Below, piece after piece: positions 58,249 through 64,000 of a stretch of 64,000 bases of DNA (positions are counted from its first letter, which is position 1; every line of letters starts with the position of its first letter). Below the pieces are notes generated by a model. That model was not told where the DNA came from and ran no database searches. It saw nothing but the letters and a program-made list of their open reading frames with translations. Both the position numbers and the translations under genes were made by a program. This DNA comes from an uncultured Bacilli bacterium (GTDB taxonomy: Bacteria > Bacillota_I > Bacilli_A > RF39 > UBA660). The stretch covers positions 1,226 to 65,225 of the forward strand of contig CAKPJN010000004.1 in assembly GCA_934162665.1 (NCBI GenBank), given 5' to 3'.

Positions 58249-59088
58249 TTATCTTATAGCTTTAAATTTTTCTTCTTTTTTAAATTCTAATGTGTTACCA
58301 GCATTAAATGCCATTCCTAATACAAATATATATGATAAGATATATACCCATAATAGTAAAATTAATATATTTGAGATACTTCCATAAAAAATATTATACT
58401 TTGAAAATTTTCCGACATATATTGAATATATTTCTGTTGCTATAATCCAACTTATTGTAGTAAAAATTGCTCCTTGAGTAGTTGAATTACTTTCAATCTT
58501 TTTATCTGGTGCCAAAACATAAAGTAATTTTATATTTAAATATACTAAAACTATAGAGATTGGATATTTTAGTATTTTATATACTGTATATAGAGCATCT
58601 ACGGCAGTTTGATTTTTTGAATACTCCTTTAATATTCCAAATATGGAATTACCAAATACAGGTACAACTAATAAAAATAGTAATAGTGAAACTAGCACTA
58701 CTGTCATCATAATTGCTTTTATTCTTCTACTTACTATATCACGTGATTTAATTTTATAAATTTCATTTGATGTGATTATCATAGAATGAGGTCCATTAGA
58801 CGCTAAAATAAAAGCGGAGAAAAAGAAGACTATAATATTAAAATTTAGTCTTTCTCCATTTATTGTGCTCAATAAAACATTTGCAACTCCACTAGGAATT
58901 ACACCCATTATGCTTTCTTTTACGGTTTCTATTGAAATAGAAAATTTAGCAGCTATTGCACCTATCAATGCAATAAGCGGAATTAATGAAATAACAAAGA
59001 AAAAAGCGAGTTGACCAGGTAATACCCTCATCTCAGGTTTTTTTATTACTTCTATTATATTTTTAAAAACCTTTCTTACTCGCTCCAT
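58249..59088 (-). CDS. YihY/BrkB-family membrane protein
   Basis: LPGQLAFFFVISLIPLIALIG plus 6 TM helices. Confidence 0.65.
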   Translation of the reverse strand: MERVRKVFKNIIEVIKKPEMRVLPGQLAFFFVISLIPLIALIGAIAAKFSISIETVKESIMGVIPSGVANVLLSTINGERLNFNIIVFFFSAFILASNGPHSMIITSNEIYKIKSRDIVSRRIKAIMMTVVLVSLLLFLLVVPVFGNSIFGILKEYSKNQTAVDALYTVYKILKYPISIVLVYLNIKLLYVLAPDKKIESNSTTQGAIFTTISWIIATEIYSIYVGKFSKYNIFYGSISNILILLLWVYILSYIFVLGMAFNAGNTLEFKKEEKFKAIR

Positions 59089-59101
59089 TACTATTTCCCC
59101 T

Positions 59102-61141
59102 TTATTTAAAATCTTCTTTATTTGTTATCATTTCTAGTGTAGCTTCATTTATTGCATCATCTAATGTTTTAATTTCATCTAATATCATACTATAACCAAC
59201 TGCTGCTCCAAACTCATGTGGTAAGTTTTTAAACTCTTTAGACAATTTTTTAGTATATGTAGAAATTTGTCTTTCACTATAACCTACTAAGTAAATTAAA
59301 AATTCATTTCCATCTGTACGAATAATTTCACTATTTTCTAATTGAGTATTTACTAAAATTCCAGCAGCTTTAATAATTAATTGATCCCCTTCTTCATGTC
59401 CATAGTTATCATTTATATATTTAACATTATTTAAATCAACAATAACAATTGATTGAGGGAATACTTTTGAATCTTCCCATTCTGGCATTTTTATATTTAA
59501 GTAATTTCTATTTTTTAATGATGTTAACATATCTGTATATTTATGTCTATCTGTTATTTTTACCTTTTTAATTGTTCTTTTCTTCTTTAGTATTAAATAT
59601 ACTGTAGTTAAAATTATAATAGGTACAAAAATGATTGTTAAAACGATTGTATATACTTGTTCAAATGTTGAATTTTCTAAAATTGATGCATGTAGGTTTT
59701 CAATACCACTATTTCTATAATTATAATAAGAATTTGTATTTATAATATAGTTAAATAAATCATAGAATGCAACATTATTATTTTTTACCATAAATTTATA
59801 GTCATTCATCATTGTATCTAAATATAATAATTTTAATTTAGAAAATTTAGAATTTTGATAGTGTACATATATTTCTTTATCTACTACTATCATTTTATCT
59901 TTAGCATTTTTTACTAAATCATCTAAATTATCATAAGTTTTTATATTTGCTTTTGAGTTACTAGAGAAGTAGTTATATAATGAGTCATTATTTAACATTA
60001 CAATATCTTCTTCTTTTAAGCTCTCAAATGATGTTACTATATGTTGATCTTTTTCTCTGCCTAATACTACGTATTCTTCTATAAAAGTTGAAAGTGTTGC
60101 TTTATACTTATTATTAGTATAGTTGTAATAATCAAAGTAGACATCAATATCACCATTATCGATAGCTTTTTCTAGCTCTTTTTTATTTTTATATTTTTTA
60201 TATTTAAATTCAATATCTGTTAATCTTGAAAGTCTATCAATATATTCTCCAGCTATTCCAGCTACTTTTCCATTTACATTTACTTCATATGGGGCATTTT
60301 CTATATACCCATATGTATAACTTTTAGAAATTAGAGATGCTTTTGTTTTAGCATCTAAATTATTTTCTTTTAAATAATAGTCTAGATAAGCCTTATTATA
60401 TTCTTTAACATATTTAGTTGCTTTCCACTTATTATAATATTTTTTTACTATTTTATTTAATTTTTCATTATTATCACTTAATGTTAAAACTATATCTTTT
60501 TTCTTTTCTGTAAAATAGTAGTTAATAGAATATTTATCTTTTTGAATTGTATAATTTAAGTACATTATATTTGGTACTATTATCATATTTACTTCATCTT
60601 GATTTAGTGCTTGATATAGACTTTCGATATTATCATATATTTTAAATGATAGGTTTGTACCACTTTTTAGGTAATAACTTAATTCAGTTGCATCTTGACT
60701 AAAAATACCGAATGTAATATTTTTCATATCTTTAATATGATTAATTCTTTGATATGTTTTTCCAACAGCAACATAGTTATCTGTAAATAATGGAAGGTCT
60801 TTATCAGTTTTATCTTTGCTATTATCTAATATTCTAATTCTAAAACTATCAGTTTTAGTTGTTGAATTTTTTAAGTAAGGAATTTTATTAAACTCCATTC
60901 CTATATTAGTTTCAAAATCCTTTAGAAAATCGAAAACAACTCCTTCTCCATTCATTCCATATAATGGGTAGTCGTTTACAACTTCAAAATCTACTGTTTT
61001 ATCAGAGTTTTCTTGAACCCATCTTTTTTCTGTAACTGTTAAAGTTGTTGTTTTATCTTCTTTATTATAGTATCTATATACAAAAATGAATGTTATTAAA
61101 GCAATAAATATAGGAACTATAATTATTAATTTCTTTTTCAT
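59102..61141 (-). CDS. membrane sensor with two periplasmic solute-binding-like domains and a degenerate GGDEF domain
   Basis: TM, about 450-aa extracellular region, TM, then LTSLKNRNYL..NDNYGHEEGDQLII..RTDGNEFLIY. The signature is DGNEF instead of GG(D/E)EF. Confidence 0.6.
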   Translation of the reverse strand: MKKKLIIIVPIFIALITFIFVYRYYNKEDKTTTLTVTEKRWVQENSDKTVDFEVVNDYPLYGMNGEGVVFDFLKDFETNIGMEFNKIPYLKNSTTKTDSFRIRILDNSKDKTDKDLPLFTDNYVAVGKTYQRINHIKDMKNITFGIFSQDATELSYYLKSGTNLSFKIYDNIESLYQALNQDEVNMIIVPNIMYLNYTIQKDKYSINYYFTEKKKDIVLTLSDNNEKLNKIVKKYYNKWKATKYVKEYNKAYLDYYLKENNLDAKTKASLISKSYTYGYIENAPYEVNVNGKVAGIAGEYIDRLSRLTDIEFKYKKYKNKKELEKAIDNGDIDVYFDYYNYTNNKYKATLSTFIEEYVVLGREKDQHIVTSFESLKEEDIVMLNNDSLYNYFSSNSKANIKTYDNLDDLVKNAKDKMIVVDKEIYVHYQNSKFSKLKLLYLDTMMNDYKFMVKNNNVAFYDLFNYIINTNSYYNYRNSGIENLHASILENSTFEQVYTIVLTIIFVPIIILTTVYLILKKKRTIKKVKITDRHKYTDMLTSLKNRNYLNIKMPEWEDSKVFPQSIVIVDLNNVKYINDNYGHEEGDQLIIKAAGILVNTQLENSEIIRTDGNEFLIYLVGYSERQISTYTKKLSKEFKNLPHEFGAAVGYSMILDEIKTLDDAINEATLEMITNKEDFK

Positions 61142-61143
61142 TA

Positions 61144-61617
61144 TTAACTCACCGCTCTATCTTTTGTAAATGTGAACCCAGCCTTTTTATGATGCTTATA
61201 TCCTATAATAGGAAAGTCATTACCACCATTTTCTTTTTTTATGAACACTTGAATATCATAATATGATTTTTGTTCATCAGAGCATGCCTCTAATATTTTA
61301 TTGACATAAGGTTTTGCAGTATCAAGAGATACATCGTCATTTACAGTGATTATAACTTCTAAAGTTTTACCGGAAGTTCTTACTGTTGCAGTTTTAATAC
61401 CTCCATCGCTTTCTAAAGTTGATTTGATTTTTCCTTGATCTTTTTCTGTTATTTTTACTTCTTCTATTCCCTTTAGGCGATCGCCATATAATGCATTAGC
61501 GCTTTGAGGAAAGAAAATATTTTTTACTTGCACTAACAATAATACTATTACAAGAAATATAGCAATAGCAACAATTATAAATTTATTATTTTTTAAAAAG
61601 TTTTTCATATTATTCAC
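61144..61617 (-). CDS. membrane-anchored hypothetical protein (157 aa)
   Basis: N-terminal TM helix; ORF only. Confidence 0.4.
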   Translation of the reverse strand: MNNMKNFLKNNKFIIVAIAIFLVIVLLLVQVKNIFFPQSANALYGDRLKGIEEVKITEKDQGKIKSTLESDGGIKTATVRTSGKTLEVIITVNDDVSLDTAKPYVNKILEACSDEQKSYYDIQVFIKKENGGNDFPIIGYKHHKKAGFTFTKDRAVS

Positions 61618-61656
61618 ATCCTAGTATTATTATTATACACTATGTGGTAGTGTTTT

Positions 61657-63090
61657 TCAATTACCAAACTTGTTTAATTCCTCTTTTAAAATGGTCATTG
61701 CAAGTTGTGGATTAGCAGATCCTTTTGTTTCTTTCATAACTTGGCCCATTAGGAATTTAATAGCTCTATCTTTTCCTTCTTTATAATCTTTAACACTTTC
61801 CTCATTGTTTTCAATAATAGATTTAATAATTGTTCTTAAAGTGTCTTGATCAGTAATATTTTCAATACCAGTTTCTTTTATTATATCAACAATCTTTTTA
61901 TCTTCTTCTAAAACTTTATCTAAAATATCCTTTAGGTTTTTACTTGTTAGGGTATTATCTTCTACTTTTTCTACTAGCTCAATTAATCTTTCTTTTGTAA
62001 GTGTTGTGTTTTTTAGTTCCTTTTCATTTTTATTTAAATAACCAGATATATCACCAAGTAAAAGATTACTAGCAATTTTAAAATTTAGTTTTGAATCTAA
62101 TAATGTATTGAAATAATCACTTAACTGTCTATTTTGAATTAATTTGTTGGCATTTATTTCTGATACACCACGTTTTATATATTCACATCTTCTTTCATCT
62201 GGAAGCATTGGAATTGTCTTTTTTGCTTCTGAAATCATCTCATCTGTTAAATGAATAAATGGTATATCAGGTTCTGGAAAGTAACGATAATCATTTCCTG
62301 TTTCTTTAACACGCATTAAAACAGTATCATTTAATTTATCATCAAAACGTCTTGTTTGTTCTTTAAATGTTTTACCTTCATTTAGCAATTTTTCTTGTCT
62401 TTCAATTTCTTTTTCAATACTTAGTCCAACATTAGAGATTGAGCCAATATTTTTTATTTCACATTTTGTTCCAAATGGAGAATTTTCATCTTTTCTGATT
62501 GAGACATTCGCATCACATCTCATAGATCCTTCTTCCATTTTACAGTCACTTATATCTGCATAAAATAATAGTTCTTTTAATTTTTCTAAGTAAAGTTTGG
62601 CTTCAATACTACTTGAAATACATGGTTTAGTTACTATTTCTATTAATGGTACTCCGGCACGGTTAAAATCTAGTAGAGTTTTATCGCCTCTATGAGTACT
62701 TTTACATGTATCTTCTTCAATGTGCATTTCTTCTATTTCTATTTTTTTCTTTACTCCGTCTATTTCTATTTCTACATATCCATCATATCCTATTGGTGTT
62801 CTTGCTTGTGTTATTTGATAGTTTTTTGAATTATCTGGATAAAAATAATTTTTACGATCAAAATGCATATCACGTCTTATCTTACAATTTAGAATAGTTG
62901 CAGCTTTTATACCTAAATTAATTACTTCTTTATTTACAGTTGGAAGTGTTCCTGGGTAACCTAAATCAATAATATTGGTTAAGGAGTTTGCCATTTGTCC
63001 ATAACCATTTATAGAATTAGAAAATATTTTACTGTTAGTTTTTAATTCTACATGGACTTCAATACCTATTGTTTCAATATATTTACTCAT
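61657..63090 (-). CDS. gatB: Asp/Glu-tRNA amidotransferase subunit B
   Basis: YIETIGIEVHVELKT.. N-terminus. ATG 63090 overlaps the gatA stop by 8 nt. Confidence 0.9.
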   Translation of the reverse strand: MSKYIETIGIEVHVELKTNSKIFSNSINGYGQMANSLTNIIDLGYPGTLPTVNKEVINLGIKAATILNCKIRRDMHFDRKNYFYPDNSKNYQITQARTPIGYDGYVEIEIDGVKKKIEIEEMHIEEDTCKSTHRGDKTLLDFNRAGVPLIEIVTKPCISSSIEAKLYLEKLKELLFYADISDCKMEEGSMRCDANVSIRKDENSPFGTKCEIKNIGSISNVGLSIEKEIERQEKLLNEGKTFKEQTRRFDDKLNDTVLMRVKETGNDYRYFPEPDIPFIHLTDEMISEAKKTIPMLPDERRCEYIKRGVSEINANKLIQNRQLSDYFNTLLDSKLNFKIASNLLLGDISGYLNKNEKELKNTTLTKERLIELVEKVEDNTLTSKNLKDILDKVLEEDKKIVDIIKETGIENITDQDTLRTIIKSIIENNEESVKDYKEGKDRAIKFLMGQVMKETKGSANPQLAMTILKEELNKFGN

Positions 63091-64000
63091 TAGTATCACC
63101 TCCTAATGGACTTAAATCTAGGTTTAGTTTTTTTTCAATAAAACTAGCTAATTGATACATTTTGGCTTCTTCTAATGGAGCTCCTATAATTTGCATACCG
63201 ATTGGTAAGTTTTCTTTTGAAAATCCGATTGGTAAGTTCATTCCTGGAAGTCCAGCCATATTAACAGGTATAGTTAAAACGTCGTCTACAAATGATTTTA
63301 CAGCATCATCTAAATCTTTTCCTAATTCATATGCAGAAGTTGTTGTGGTTGGTCCTATAATTAAATCATAGTCTTTAAATGTTTCAAGAAAACTTTTTCT
63401 CATAACACTTCTTATCTCTAAGGCTTTATCATAATAAATTTTAGCATTTTCTCCACTTAAAAGATAACTTCCTACCATAATACGTCTTTTTACTTCATTT
63501 CCAAAACCTAACTTTCGACTTTTTAAATATAAATCTTCTATATTTTCTGGTGTTTCGTAACTATATCCATAACGAATACCATCGAATCTAGCTAAGTTTG
63601 AACTAGCTTCTCCCATAGCAATAATTTGGTATAATGGTACAGCTTGTTCTATATAACTTATATCTACATAGTCTATTGTACAACCATTTTCTTTTAATAA
63701 TTTTAAAACATTTTGTAAACTATCTTTTATCTCTTTATCTACTACATCACTTACATAGAATTTTGGAATGGCTATTTTCATATCTTTAATACTTTTACCA
63801 ATTAGTCTTGTGAAGTCCTCTTTAGTATCTATACTAGTTAGATCATTATCGCTTTTTCCACATATTGCGTTTAAAACTACAGCATTTTCATAAACATTTC
63901 TTGTCATTGGACCTATTTGATCTAAACTTGATGCAAAGGCAATAAGTCCAAATCTGGATACCCTTCCATATGTTGGTTTCATACCTACTATTCCACAAAA
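63083..64000 (-). CDS. gatA: Asp/Glu-tRNA amidotransferase subunit A (3' about 305 codons; 5' end beyond the window)
   Basis: KPTYGRVSRFGLIAFASSLDQIGP is the amidase signature region. The frame is open to base 64000. Confidence 0.9.
   Translation of the reverse strand, partial: FCGIVGMKPTYGRVSRFGLIAFASSLDQIGPMTRNVYENAVVLNAICGKSDNDLTSIDTKEDFTRLIGKSIKDMKIAIPKFYVSDVVDKEIKDSLQNVLKLLKENGCTIDYVDISYIEQAVPLYQIIAMGEASSNLARFDGIRYGYSYETPENIEDLYLKSRKLGFGNEVKRRIMVGSYLLSGENAKIYYDKALEIRSVMRKSFLETFKDYDLIIGPTTTTSAYELGKDLDDAVKSFVDDVLTIPVNMAGLPGMNLPIGFSKENLPIGMQIIGAPLEEAKMYQLASFIEKKLNLDLSPLGGDTNE

Noticed and set aside
5611-63371. Many 60-146 aa ORFs in the track lie antisense to or inside long genes: 5611..6051, 8254..8448, 12229..12426, 15062..15406, 15593..15811, 17937..18317, 18483..18689, 21929..22123, 30582..30791, 34839..35027, 35723..35944, 40031..40219, 42720..43064, 43150..43398, 48279..48509, 48490..48675, 51704..51895, 58053..58241, 62706..62897, 63162..63371.
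   Set aside because: Each is fully embedded opposite a well-supported gene with clear motifs. They lack an RBS and have low-complexity composition typical of shadow frames in AT-rich DNA.
1-64000. CRISPR arrays, rRNA and tRNA genes.
   Set aside because: There are no regularly spaced direct repeats. The only GC-enriched intergenic segments (10700..10860 and 13849..13960) do not fold as tRNAs and lack rRNA signatures.

Overview
The window is about 28% GC and comes from an endospore-forming Firmicute. Evidence: spoVAC/AD/AE, cotE, a SigF-type sigma factor, and Bacillus-like synteny (yrrN/yrrO-like...greA, cdsA-rseP, rpsP-ylqC, gatA-gatB). Nearly all genes lie on the minus strand. All functional calls come from motifs I recognise in the translations; no database search was possible.

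Core genes: recG, PFOR (nifJ), greA, a U32 peptidase pair, a FemAB-family enzyme, tex, priA, rseP, cdsA, rpsP, cotE, the spoVA genes, dagK, ltaS, gatB and gatA.

Accessory content:
1. Left end: an edge-truncated KAP/YobI-like membrane-inserted P-loop NTPase, then a cargo block (HAD, 2H phosphoesterase, MFS, GNATs, histidine phosphatase). It ends in a decayed integrative mobilizable element with an XRE regulator, a MobV relaxase fused in frame to a frameshifted tyrosine-integrase remnant, and an oriT-like promoter region.
2. Two decayed IS200/IS605-type (tnpB) elements share both termini. One keeps what looks like the omega-RNA/3' scaffold.
3. Four surface-protein loci carry lectin-like C-terminal domains, and three of them have TasA/camelysin-like N-domains with SipW-type signals. 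One copy has a 50% GC, NNC-codon patch at its C-terminal tip that resembles a diversity-generating-retroelement variable region.
4. Two adjacent class III (anaerobic) ribonucleotide reductase modules. One has its glycyl-radical domain encoded as a separate 58-codon ORF that is missing from the ORF track. An Fnr-type palindrome sits at -41.5 of the other module's promoter.
5. A sigF locus with no spoIIAB, a SpoIIAA-like protein lacking the phosphorylatable serine, and a frame-broken sigma gene.

At least nine genes are disrupted. Two disruptions are nonsense substitutions, so this is not all homopolymer sequencing error. No rRNA, tRNA or CRISPR array was found.
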